Below, piece after piece: positions 20,093 to 29,981 of a stretch of 32,000 nt of DNA. Under the pieces are notes generated by a model. It saw nothing but the letters and a program-made list of their open reading frames with translations. It was not told where the DNA came from and searched no databases. The translations under genes were made by a program, and so were the position numbers. This stretch comes from Guillardia theta nucleomorph (Eukaryota; Protista; Cryptophyta): NCBI GenBank assembly GCA_000002975.1, contig AF083031.2, positions 90,001-122,000 on the forward strand, read 5' to 3'. Position 1 is the stretch's first letter, and every line of letters starts with the position of its first letter.

Positions 20093-21070
20093 TCAATTCG
20101 TTATGGTTAAATTTGAAAATACAGAATTACAGATCAAGCTCTCTTTATTTTTAATTTTTAATAGTATTTCTTTTCTATAAGGATACATAGCTTTATAGGC
20201 TGATCTCAATGTTATTTCACTTACACCGGTAGCTTCTATGATTTTTTTTAGATTACAATTATTTGATAGATTTGGAATTTGAGAAACAACATAAATTGAA
20301 GCAGCTGCCACTGAAATATAGTTTCTACCATACATTCCTTCCTTATCTTTGATAAAGTTAGCGATTTGCTCTGCGATTTTTGAGCTTGTAGAGGAAAGAC
20401 CAAGTTTAGAACAAAATCTCGAAATAAAATTATCGGAATCTCTTTTTTTTGAGATTTTGATTCCTTCAAGAGCTTTTTCCATAATTCTAACCCTGTTACC
20501 TATATCTTTTTTTTTTACCTTAGTAAGTTCTGAAATTTCTTTGAAAGATCTTGGTATAGATTCATTTTTACAAATAATAAATATCGAGGCTGCAATAATA
20601 GAAAACGTATCTTTTTTTCTTAGAGTAGTTTTTATTCTTGAACCGTTTGATTTTAACGTTAAATAATCGTAATAATTTTTAAATAACTCTTGAACTTTTT
20701 CTTTTATCAGCTTAGAAAAAGATCCGTTAGTTAAAAAAAATGAAATAATTGAAAAAACTGATGCCAAATATTTTTCAGATTTGCAATTATCATTTTGGTT
20801 TTGCGCTTTGAGTAATTTTTCATTTATTTTGTTTGATCCTTTTAAACCTTTTGATATCAATGTGCTTGAACTATTACCTAATAAGGGATTTTCAGGTAAT
20901 CCAATTCGAACCGGATTGTTAGATCTATTATCATCTGAAAAAATTCTCCATTCTGATCCGAAATCAATTATATGGCTTTCTATAATAAATCCGCAATTTT
21001 TACAGATAATATCTCCTTGTTTATAATCTTCTAGAAATCTTTTACTACCACAATTGATGCAAGTATTCAT
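20093..21070 (-). CDS. tfIIB: transcription initiation factor TFIIB
   Basis: ATG at 21070; Zn ribbon CINC...GDIICKNCG, B-reader SEWRIFSDD..NPVRIG, PRSFKEI, FISRFCSKLGL, GRNYISVAAASIY. Confidence 0.97.
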   Translation of the reverse strand: MNTCINCGSKRFLEDYKQGDIICKNCGFIIESHIIDFGSEWRIFSDDNRSNNPVRIGLPENPLLGNSSSTLISKGLKGSNKINEKLLKAQNQNDNCKSEKYLASVFSIISFFLTNGSFSKLIKEKVQELFKNYYDYLTLKSNGSRIKTTLRKKDTFSIIAASIFIICKNESIPRSFKEISELTKVKKKDIGNRVRIMEKALEGIKISKKRDSDNFISRFCSKLGLSSTSSKIAEQIANFIKDKEGMYGRNYISVAAASIYVVSQIPNLSNNCNLKKIIEATGVSEITLRSAYKAMYPYRKEILLKIKNKESLICNSVFSNLTITN

Positions 21071-21155
21071 ACTCAAAGTGTTATGCAGAATTATAGAAAC
21101 TATTTGAGGACTAAATATATTTTATATACTACAAATTTTAAATAAATATTATTAA

Positions 21156-21923
21156 ATGGATTTTGCTAATGTTTATTCATGCAACAAAAATATTATAGAC
21201 AAATTGAAAATACCTAAAGTTTTTTTTTCTAAAATCAGAGTAGATATAGTCAGATTTGTTCATAAAAATATGTGTAAAAATAAAAGACAAGTTTATGCTG
21301 TTAGTTCTACAGCAGGTATGGGAACTAGTGCGGTTTCTTGGGGTACAGGTAGAGCAGTTTCCAGAGTTCCTAGAGTTCCCGGCAGTGGAACACATCGAAG
21401 CGGGCAAGGAGCTATTGCTAATTTTTGTAGAGGCGGAAGAATATTTAATCCTACAACTATTTGGAGAAAATGGCATCATAAGATTAACAAGAATCAAAGA
21501 AAAAGTGCAATTTTTTCTGCGATAGCATCATCTTCAATCGTTTCAATCATAGTTTCTAGAGGGTATCGAGTAAAAACAATTCCAGAAATTCCATTTGTTA
21601 TCGAAGATTCAATTGAAAAAATACCTAAAACTAGAGACTTAATAAAAATATTAACAACTTTAGGAATTAATAGTATTGTTCGGAATAAATTGAAAAGAAA
21701 GTTAAAGTCAGGGAAAGGAAAAATGAGAAATAGAAGGTTTAAGAAACCAACAGGGCCTCTTCTTGTTTTTAAAAACAATTTGAAATCTCTAAGAAACATA
21801 GCTAATATTGACTGTATGAAAATTAGTGCTTTAAATCTAACCAAATTAGCTCCGGGTGGACATTTAGGACGACTTTGTATTTGGTCTTCCAAGGCGTTCC
21901 AAATGCTTAATACTATATCATAG
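21156..21923 (+). CDS. rpl4: 60S ribosomal protein L4 (uL4), C-terminally shortened
   Basis: SWGTGRAVSRVPRV, GAIANFCRGGRIF, WRKWHHKIN, GKGKMRNRR, KLAPGGHLGR. Confidence 0.98.
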   Translation: MDFANVYSCNKNIIDKLKIPKVFFSKIRVDIVRFVHKNMCKNKRQVYAVSSTAGMGTSAVSWGTGRAVSRVPRVPGSGTHRSGQGAIANFCRGGRIFNPTTIWRKWHHKINKNQRKSAIFSAIASSSIVSIIVSRGYRVKTIPEIPFVIEDSIEKIPKTRDLIKILTTLGINSIVRNKLKRKLKSGKGKMRNRRFKKPTGPLLVFKNNLKSLRNIANIDCMKISALNLTKLAPGGHLGRLCIWSSKAFQMLNTIS

Positions 21924-22014
21924 TATAAATTATAAGGGGTTTAAAGTTGTTGATACTATTTGATTAATTTTTAATAATTAAGTTGTCCGTTTATTTTTGA
22001 AATATCTAGAAATA

Positions 22015-22785
22015 ATGATAGTAAAAGAATTGATTGAAAATAAATCCATAGAACAAGAGTTCGATAGAAAAATTCATGATATACTAACAATCTCTGAAAT
22101 TTTTGTAAATCAAAATTTTTTCAACTTTTTAAATTCAATAAAAAAAAAAAAAGTTATATTCAATGTATTTTATTGGACATTTGGTGGTAATGGAGTATAC
22201 ATAACAGGTGACTGGGATTCATGGAACAAAAGAATTCCATTGTGTAAATCTGGTAATGAATTTTTTACTATAATACCTTTAACTTATGGAAAATTTCAAT
22301 ATAAATTCACTGTTGATGGAGAATGGAAATTCGCACCTTCAACCAAAATTCAAGAAGATAAAAATGGAAACTTGAATAATTTCATAGACATTCATGATAA
22401 TTTTGGGTCAGAAAGTATCGAACAATCGTTTTCAGATTTAGAAATTGAAAATTTCAATTTAGGTGAATCTATTTTGGAAAAAGAATTTAAAAATGATCCA
22501 CCCTCAATTCCATCACATTTGATTAGCTTCGTTGAAACAAAAAAAAAAAAAATCTCAGTAAATTCTCATCGAAATGAATTTTTAAATTTATATCAAAATA
22601 TTAGGGTTTTTTTAAATCATTTAATATTTTTTGATTTCAAATGTAAACATAATCACCGAATTAAACTTCCATTAATTAAAATTAGAATCAAAAATAAGTT
22701 TTTTACTTTAATCATAAATGAGATTAAACTAATTTTCAATAAAATTTGTAATAAAGCTAAAATTATACTTAAAAATTTGTTATGA
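22015..22785 (+). CDS. SNF1/AMPK beta subunit (CBM48 plus degenerate ASC domain)
   Basis: WTFGGNGVYITGDWDSW...GKFQYKFTVDGEW...GNLNNFI (CBM48); PPSIPSHL and VFLNHL (ASC); first ATG at 22015. Confidence 0.9.
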   Translation: MIVKELIENKSIEQEFDRKIHDILTISEIFVNQNFFNFLNSIKKKKVIFNVFYWTFGGNGVYITGDWDSWNKRIPLCKSGNEFFTIIPLTYGKFQYKFTVDGEWKFAPSTKIQEDKNGNLNNFIDIHDNFGSESIEQSFSDLEIENFNLGESILEKEFKNDPPSIPSHLISFVETKKKKISVNSHRNEFLNLYQNIRVFLNHLIFFDFKCKHNHRIKLPLIKIRIKNKFFTLIINEIKLIFNKICNKAKIILKNLL

Positions 22786-23247
22786 TTAGTAAAAAGATAT
22801 TGTTTTCTTTTTTTCTAAATAATTTTTATGGAAAAACCTATATTTATAAGAATTTTTATTTGATAAAATATGATTTTTTTTCAAATTATATTTTAAAATC
22901 GATTTTTTTTGTTTAATTCTATTAGACTTAAATGTTTTAAAAAAATAAAAAGAATTGTTTATTATTATTATAGTTTGAAAGTCGTTTTTTATTAAACAAA
23001 AAGTTCGAGTAAAATTTTCTACTCTAAAAATAAAAAATATTAAAATTAGAGCTTTTAAAAAAAAAGAGTATCTTTGTATATGAATTATTATAATCAAATT
23101 CGTAGAAAAATTTATTTTAGTAATAGTTAATCTTAATACTAGAAAAGTTGTTTTCAAAAAATTTTTTATAATATCTGATTTTCGATTTTTGTAACTATTA
23201 TATAAACAACTTTTAAAAAAGTCTAAAATCTTAATATATTCAGACAT
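22786..23247 (-). CDS. hypothetical protein (faint Pop5/Rpp14-like pattern)
   Basis: ATG at 23247; stop codon abuts the stop of the convergent gene with no spacer. Confidence 0.55.
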   Translation of the reverse strand: MSEYIKILDFFKSCLYNSYKNRKSDIIKNFLKTTFLVLRLTITKINFSTNLIIIIHIQRYSFFLKALILIFFIFRVENFTRTFCLIKNDFQTIIIINNSFYFFKTFKSNRIKQKKSILKYNLKKNHILSNKNSYKYRFFHKNYLEKKKTISFY

Positions 23248-23287
23248 TAAAATTTGTATAAACAATATAAATAAATTAAAGTTTTCA

Positions 23288-23686
23288 ATGAATATTAGTT
23301 TAGAAGAAATTCAACAATTAAATTTATCCTCAAAATTTTTAACTAATTCCGAATTATTCTCGATTCTTATAAATAATAGGGAAATATATCAAGATTTTAA
23401 AAAAATTAAAAATAATGATATGACTTTTGTCTATGAAACTACCATCGAATATCTTAAAATTATCAACAAACTCGAAACTGACTGTTTAAAAATAAGAAAT
23501 TTGCTAGACAAAACTGAAATAACTAATAAATCCGTAAAAATATATAGAGAAATAATATTATCTAAAGTGATTGATCTTTTTCCAAGGAATAGAGATGAGT
23601 TATATTATATTTTTCCAGAGATAAGTAATTATTTCAATGAAATGGAATTAAAACAAGTCTTTAAAGAATTTTTTACAGAAATTTGA
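23288..23686 (+). CDS. rpb4: RNA polymerase II subunit Rpb4-like
   Basis: LTNSELFSIL, VYETTIEY, IRNLL, VIDLFPRNRDELYYIFPEISNYFNEMELKQV align with Rpb4 ([46 protein letters not shown]). The paralog Rpc17 is not excluded. Confidence 0.65.
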   Translation: MNISLEEIQQLNLSSKFLTNSELFSILINNREIYQDFKKIKNNDMTFVYETTIEYLKIINKLETDCLKIRNLLDKTEITNKSVKIYREIILSKVIDLFPRNRDELYYIFPEISNYFNEMELKQVFKEFFTEI

Positions 23687-23988
23687 TTATTTTAATAGTA
23701 ATTTTTATTAATTCTCTTTTTAAATTTTTTAAAAAAAAAACTTTAATAATAATATATAAAATTAAATCAATGATTTGAATTAAAAAGTTGAATTAAAAAA
23801 AAATATCTTTTTAAATAATACTTAATAATCTTTATGGTAAATTTTTAACAGTAAATTTATGACTAAAACTAATCATATTATTTAGTTTCAATGATATCGT
23901 AACCTTTTTTTTAGTTATCGAATTTGGTCTAAAATTTTGTTACATAAAACATATATTACTTTAGATACATATTTTACTCTTAATTTAA

Positions 23989-24789
23989 ATGAAATCAGAT
24001 GCCAATTATCAAGTATTAGATTTTTACAAAACTATTATAGACATAACTTGCGAACGAGTTTCTTTATATTTAAAAAATAATTTGATACATAAAATAAAAT
24101 ATGACATAACATACGAGTTAAAAAAAAGATGGCTTTATAGGACTAAACAGGCTTTAGAAAACCTAGATAAAAATTATAAACATTTTTACGACAAAAATCA
24201 AAAATTTAGTGAAAGTCAGAAAAATTATGAAAATATTAATAAAAATTTAAATCATTCCTCATTTCCAGTAATTTGTACATTAGTTTGGGATTTTTATAAA
24301 TATTACGATAATAAAAACCAAAAAATCACTAATTTTAAATTATGGGTGTGGGGATGTTTGATTTCTCATATAATAGATGAAGGGACATATCCGTTGCCTT
24401 CAAGATTTCTACAAAGAGATTTTAGTTTACCTAAAAAATTTAAATTAATAAAATTTTCTACAAAAAAAACTGCTTATGACAAATTTATGGAAATTTTTCG
24501 TAAAGATATATTTAAAAATATGAATTCGTACAAAATTCAGACATATAAAAATAATTCAAATAAAATTAATTATTCAAAAATAAAAAATACATCAGACTTG
24601 AGTTTAGATCCAAATACATCATCAGAACAAGAACTTGATAAAAATAATTCTAAAAATTTCATAGTTTCTATGGTTGAAAAAATATACAGAAGAAATACAA
24701 AATGGAGAGTAATTTTGAAAGATGGTGTTATTTGTATTAATGATAAAGAAATGTTTTTCAATTTTTGTAAATGTGAATTGTTTTGGTAA
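23989..24789 (+). CDS. TOA1: TFIIA large subunit (alpha/beta, TOA1)
   Basis: N-term FYKTIID...ELKKRW; C-term NFIVSMVEKIYRRNTKWRVILKDGVICINDKEMFF...W matches NVVVCQYDKIHRSKNKWKFHLKDGIMNLNGRDYIF...W. Confidence 0.9.
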   Translation: MKSDANYQVLDFYKTIIDITCERVSLYLKNNLIHKIKYDITYELKKRWLYRTKQALENLDKNYKHFYDKNQKFSESQKNYENINKNLNHSSFPVICTLVWDFYKYYDNKNQKITNFKLWVWGCLISHIIDEGTYPLPSRFLQRDFSLPKKFKLIKFSTKKTAYDKFMEIFRKDIFKNMNSYKIQTYKNNSNKINYSKIKNTSDLSLDPNTSSEQELDKNNSKNFIVSMVEKIYRRNTKWRVILKDGVICINDKEMFFNFCKCELFW

Positions 24790-24831
24790 AATTGCAGATT
24801 TTAATTAATTAAATATTAGATTATTAATAAT

Positions 24832-25743
24832 ATGGATAATTATAAAAGAATAGAAATTTTAGGTCAAGGTGCCTATGGTAAAGTGTATAAAGCACAAGAT
24901 TTGAGAAATGGAAATTTAGTTGCGTTGAAAAAGGCATTGAGTTCTTCTGATGAAGAGGGAATTCCACCGACTACACTCAGAGAAATCTCAATTTTAAAAA
25001 GTGTGTCAGAATGTGAATTTATTGTTAAGTTGTTAGATGTTGTGAATACTAAATCAAAAAATGGCAAAATTTCAATTTACATTGTATTTCAGTACTTAGA
25101 TAGTGATCTTAAATCTTATATGATTTCTAATTATGGTAAAGGAAGAGGAATGGATGAAAATTCTGCAAAAAAATTTTGTTTTCAGTTATTAATAGGAATG
25201 TATCATTGTCATAAACTTGGTATAATACATAGAGATCTTAAGCCTCAGAATATTTTGATTGAAAAAGGAGAGAAATTAAAGATAGCAGATTTCGGCTTAA
25301 GCCGAAATTTTTCCATTCCAGTCGGAAAATACACTCATGAAGTAGTAACTTTATGGTATCGTGCACCTGAAATTTTACTTGGAGCAAGAACTTATTCTTC
25401 TCCTGTTGATATCTGGTCAATAGGTTGTATTTTTGCCGAAATGTTAACCGGGAATCCTTTATTTTGTGGAGAAAGTGAAATTGAGCAACTTTTATCAATA
25501 TTTAAAACTATAGGAACACCGACAAGTCAAACATGGCCCGAAGTATTGAATTTTAAAGATTGGCATGAATTTCCTATTTGGCCTCAGATTAATTTAAAAT
25601 ATTCATTTGAAAATATTTCTGAAGAAACTCTCGAATTTATTCAAGTTTTCTTGAGATTAAACCCGAACAAAAGAATATCGATTTTGGGGGCAATAACAAA
25701 TACTTATTTCGAACACTTTTTTAAGGATTACAATTTATATTGA
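24832..25743 (+). CDS. CDKB: cyclin-dependent kinase, B-type (PPTTLRE)
   Basis: GQGAYGKV, EEGIPPTTLREISIL, HRDLKPQN, DFG, YTHEVVTLWYRAPE. Confidence 0.92.
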   Translation: MDNYKRIEILGQGAYGKVYKAQDLRNGNLVALKKALSSSDEEGIPPTTLREISILKSVSECEFIVKLLDVVNTKSKNGKISIYIVFQYLDSDLKSYMISNYGKGRGMDENSAKKFCFQLLIGMYHCHKLGIIHRDLKPQNILIEKGEKLKIADFGLSRNFSIPVGKYTHEVVTLWYRAPEILLGARTYSSPVDIWSIGCIFAEMLTGNPLFCGESEIEQLLSIFKTIGTPTSQTWPEVLNFKDWHEFPIWPQINLKYSFENISEETLEFIQVFLRLNPNKRISILGAITNTYFEHFFKDYNLY

Positions 25744-25774
25744 TTTATAAATATATTAATTGTTAATTAATTAA

Positions 25775-26977
25775 ATGTTAGGTAATTTATATGAATATAA
25801 TACTAAACTTCTAAGTGAATATTTCCAAAAAAAAAATTTATACAAGAGTTTTGTAGCAAAAATAATTTCTGATATTGAAAATTTCAATTACAAAAGAATT
25901 AATGTTACTAACAAGAAAATTATTCAATTCATTAAAGAACTTTCAAATTTACATAAAGAAAGTTCCTTGATAGGAGAAATCCTTAAAATTAATTCTCAGA
26001 ACGATATTGTTGTTAAAATTAATCCAGATGGTAAATTTATTTTAAAATTAGGTAAAAAAATTAATCTAAAAAAGATAAAGATAGGAGATAGAGTTGCAAT
26101 TAGAAATGAATCTTATGAAATCCACAAAGTTTTGCCATCCAAAACCGACCCATTGGTTTCTCTAATGAAGATTGAAAATGTTCCTTTTTGTAATTATAAT
26201 ATGATTGGAGGATTGGAATCACAAATAGGAAAAATTAAAGAAATTATCGAGCTTCCATTAAAATATCCAGAAATCTTCGAAATATTAGGTGTTTTTCAAC
26301 CAAAAGGTATTTTACTTTATGGTCCTCCTGGAACAGGAAAAACTTTAATTGCCAGAGCGGTTGCTTTTCATTCTAATTGTTCGTTCATTAGAGTAAGTGG
26401 ATCAGAATTAGTACAAAAATATATTGGTGAAGGGGGGAGAATGGTAAGAGAAATTTTCAGTATAGCAAAAAAAAATTCGCCAAGTATTATTTTTATGGAT
26501 GAAGTCGATTCAATTGGTTCTCATAGAAAAAAACATGTAAGTTCAACAGGAGATTCAGAAGTACAAAGGACTATGTTAGAACTTTTAAATCAACTTGATG
26601 GATTTGAGGAACATAAAAATATTAAAATATTAATGGCAACTAATAGAATAGACGTTTTGGATCCTGCATTGATTAGACCCGGAAGAATTGATAGAAAAAT
26701 AAAAATTCCTAATCCAAATGTCGAAGGAAGAATATCAATTCTAAGAATTCATCTAAAAAAAATAAAATGTGAAAATGGTATAGATATTTGGAAGATTGCA
26801 AAAATAATAGAAGGTGCAACTGGAGCTGATATAAAAGCAATTTGTACTGAATCAGGAATGTCTGCAATAAGAAAAGCTAAAAATATCGTATCAGTTGAAG
26901 ATATCTTATATGCAATTGATAAAATTTTTGGCTTAAGCAAATTAAAAGTTAATCACAGAGATTTATTTCAAAAATAA
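25775..26977 (+). CDS. RPT6: 26S proteasome AAA-ATPase Rpt6 (SUG1/PSMC5)
   Basis: DPLVSLM, GPPGTGKT, FIRVSGSELVQKYIGEG, DSEVQRTMLELLNQLDGFE, MATNRIDVLD. Confidence 0.95.
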   Translation: MLGNLYEYNTKLLSEYFQKKNLYKSFVAKIISDIENFNYKRINVTNKKIIQFIKELSNLHKESSLIGEILKINSQNDIVVKINPDGKFILKLGKKINLKKIKIGDRVAIRNESYEIHKVLPSKTDPLVSLMKIENVPFCNYNMIGGLESQIGKIKEIIELPLKYPEIFEILGVFQPKGILLYGPPGTGKTLIARAVAFHSNCSFIRVSGSELVQKYIGEGGRMVREIFSIAKKNSPSIIFMDEVDSIGSHRKKHVSSTGDSEVQRTMLELLNQLDGFEEHKNIKILMATNRIDVLDPALIRPGRIDRKIKIPNPNVEGRISILRIHLKKIKCENGIDIWKIAKIIEGATGADIKAICTESGMSAIRKAKNIVSVEDILYAIDKIFGLSKLKVNHRDLFQK

Positions 26978-26983
26978 CTTATT

Positions 26984-27822
26984 CTATTCCCATTTGTTTT
27001 TATAAAAAAAATTTTTTATGAATTTAATTTTTGTATATGTTAAATTTTTGATAGATAAAACAATTATTTTTGAGTTATTTTTAAATTTAATTTTTACAAA
27101 TATTAATTTTAATAAAAATTCAAATATGTCAGGATTAAATTTTTTATTGTTGGCATTATCTCTAGAAATTAATGAAATAACACACAATTCTTTCTCATTG
27201 GGGTAAGGTTTATTTTTACTATCCTGGAAGTTAAGATGAAGTCTATTGTTTAAAAATTTGATGTCATTTTCAAAATTTTTTTTAGCTAAAATGAAGAATA
27301 ATTCTTTAGTATTTGACAAGTATTCTCCGTCTAATGAATAGAAACAATAATTTAAAATTTCATTATTTGAAAAAAATAATTTAAAAAAATTTTCGGCACT
27401 GTATTGTTTTAATTTATAATTATAAATTTGAAAATTTATGAGTTTTAAAATTATAAACTTGTGATTAAAATTAGTAAATTTCCAATTAAATTTCAAGAAT
27501 GTGCTTGAATTGTTTAATGAATATTTTTTAAAATCCAAACGAGAAAATTTTTTGATAATTTTACAGTTGTTTATATTAAACGTTTTTCCTATAAAATTTA
27601 AAGAACTCAAAAAATCATTGTTAAAGAAAATGTCACTTTTAATATATAATATGAATTTATATAATAATAAAAATTTATATAAACATGTTTTTAACCCATA
27701 ATTGAATTTTAGTATATTTATTTTTAAAACATGTTTTAAAAATAACAAATTATTTAGTTCACTTGTTAAAACTAAAATGGTAATTTTTTAAATTTAAATT
27801 TATTTAAATATATATTATTCAT
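26984..27822 (-). CDS. hypothetical protein; main frame has no ATG, probable start at 27822 across a -1 frameshift
   Basis: Main frame is open 27787-26984 with no Met; the ATG at 27822 joins it if the A6 run (27789-27784) is A7. Confidence 0.5.
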
Positions 27823-27892
27823 TCGAAAGATGAATATTTCAAGAAATTCAGCACAAATAATAATCATTAAAAGACAGTTGTAATTTGTTAAG

Positions 27893-29241
27893 ATGCATTC
27901 AGAAGAGATTGATCTATTTGTTTATAATTTTCTTATAGAGTCAGGTAAGTATAAGATTACTTTTAGCTTAGTTAAAAAAAAATTTTAGGATTAAAACATT
28001 CTGCATATCTTTTTAGTAAAGAATCGAACTTAAATGTTAGTAACTTATTGATTCAAAAAATTCCCCCTGGGATTTTAATGTCATTGATTCAAAGAGGATT
28101 GGTTTTCTCACAAATTGAATATGATTATGTTTCTATGAAAAATGTAAAAAACATATCTTTAGATTCAAAAATTTTATATTTAAACAACAGATTAAATCAT
28201 TTGTTAAGTAATGATAAAAAATTTAATTATATTCTTATAGAAAATAATAAACATTCTAGTATTTTTTGGGCATTAATAAACATTAGAACTCCGATTGTAT
28301 ATTATTTTTCATATCCTTTTGAAATAATTTCAAATAAATTGTTAATAAATAAAGAAAATAAATTTGAATTTTCTAATAATATTAAGAAAATAAATACTCA
28401 AATAACCGGATTAGATATTAACATTTTAGGTACAATTCTTGCATTAGGAGACTATAAAGGTATCTTATTTTTATGGAGTTCCACCTCCAAAAAGTTATTG
28501 GATTTAAATCTAAACGATGGTCCTTTAATCATAGTTAAATGGAGTGAAAACTCTAAACTACTTATGATATATGGAGTTCCTAATAATATATATATAATCT
28601 CAAATTATTTCTACAAATGTATTTGTAAAATCAAGCTTTCACTTGAAATTTGTGATAAAATTTTGTGGTTTTCAAATTGTGAATTTTTAACGATAAGTAA
28701 CGAAAGAATTATTAATTTTATTGATTTGATGAATAATGGTTACCTTAAGCAAATACTTAATTTTAATAGAATCAACAAAATTAATTTTCATTCTTACAAA
28801 AACATACTTGCTTTGTTGTCTAACTCAATTGTTGTAATTTTGTTGAAAAATCAAAAATTAGAATATTTTTTATCAATTAAAGAAAAAAACGAAGAAATAG
28901 TAAATATAGAATGGATTTTTCAAATTTTTTCCAACAACTTAAACGATTTAGTTATAGCAATCATTAAAAGAAATAATTTATCAGTATTTGACTTATTAAC
29001 TAGAAAAAAGTCTCATTCTCTATTATTTAACGATATAATTCAAAATTTGAATGTAAGCCAAGAAGGGAATGTTGCAAATTTAAGTATAGGAAGTAATTTC
29101 TTGAGAATTTTTAAATTTTCAACTATTCAAAAATCACTTAATATTGAATTTCTTCATAATAAAAATAAAGTTCAGATTCTGGATAATCCATTAAACTTTA
29201 GACTTTTAATAAATGATTATAGGAATTTAATTTTTTTTTAA
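27893..29241 (+). CDS. LisH-WD40 corepressor TBL1/HOS15/Sif2-like; join(27893..27944,27989..29241), 434 aa
   Basis: Spliced N-terminus MHSEEIDLFVYNFLIESGLKHSAYLFSKE...IPPGILMSLIQRGL matches TBL1/HOS15 (SxELNFLVxRYLQESGFxHxAF...PPGAL...QKGL); WD motifs ITGLDINILGTILALGDYKG, GPLIIVKWS. Confidence 0.88.
27945..27988 (+). other. spliceosomal intron, 44 nt
   Basis: GTAAGT...TTTTAG; removal restores the frame and the LisH Gly codon. Confidence 0.9.
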
Positions 29242-29276
29242 ATAAAATTGTTTTTATATTAATTAATACTATATTA

Positions 29277-29933
29277 ATGCTAGGTTACAGATTATCATTA
29301 AAAAAAAAATTTGTAGCAGATGGTGTTGTTTATTCCGAAATTAATGAGTTTTTAGAAAGAGAACTTAAAGAAAACGGATTCTCAGGAATAAAAATTAAAA
29401 AAAAAATTGAAAAAGTCGAAATTATAATAAAATCATCAAAAGCTCATACTATAATTGGATTTAAAGGTAAGCGAATCAGAGAATTAAATGTTTTGTTAAA
29501 AAAAAGGTTTAATTTTGGTGAAAATAAACTAGTGTTATATGTAGAAAAAATAAATAATCGAAATTTATGTCCTATTAACCAAGCTGAATCATTAAGATAT
29601 AAGATACTCAGAGGATTTGTTTTGAGAAAAGCTTGCTATAGTATATTAAGGTCAACGATTGAAGCGGGTGCTAAAGGATGTATAATTTCTGTTTCTGGTA
29701 AACTGAGAGCTCAGAGAGCTAAGACAATGAAATTTATGGACGGTTATATCATACATTCAGGTAAACCATCAGAAGAATATACCAAAAGCGCTATTAGACA
29801 TTGCCTTTTACCACAGGGTGTAATAGGGATAAAAATATCAATTATGTTACCATGGGATCCATGTGGATTGATTGGCCCTAAAAAACCTCTCCCAGATGTT
29901 ATTACTTTGGTTCAAAATAGGACAATAATTTAA
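29277..29933 (+). CDS. rps3: 40S ribosomal protein S3
   Basis: KKFVADGV, GKRIREL, QAESLRYK, GAKGC, SGKLRAQRAK, PKKPLPD. Confidence 0.99.
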   Translation: MLGYRLSLKKKFVADGVVYSEINEFLERELKENGFSGIKIKKKIEKVEIIIKSSKAHTIIGFKGKRIRELNVLLKKRFNFGENKLVLYVEKINNRNLCPINQAESLRYKILRGFVLRKACYSILRSTIEAGAKGCIISVSGKLRAQRAKTMKFMDGYIIHSGKPSEEYTKSAIRHCLLPQGVIGIKISIMLPWDPCGLIGPKKPLPDVITLVQNRTII

Positions 29934-29981
29934 ATTAAAGAATATTAATATTTAAAGTTTTTTCTTCAGGAATAAATTATA

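Noticed and set aside
2899-27701. Short antisense or alternative-frame ORFs in the track (e.g. 2899-3105, 4741-4974, 11039-11499, 13269-13496, 20248-21026, 21177-21892, 24570-25498, 26749-27701)
   Set aside because: They lie within or across better-supported genes, show no motifs, and many start at non-ATG codons; shadow ORFs
26984-27822. Tfb4/p34-like resemblance (NSKIIVLS..., LKTCL)
   Set aside because: No C-terminal zinc finger; similarity is within compositional noise
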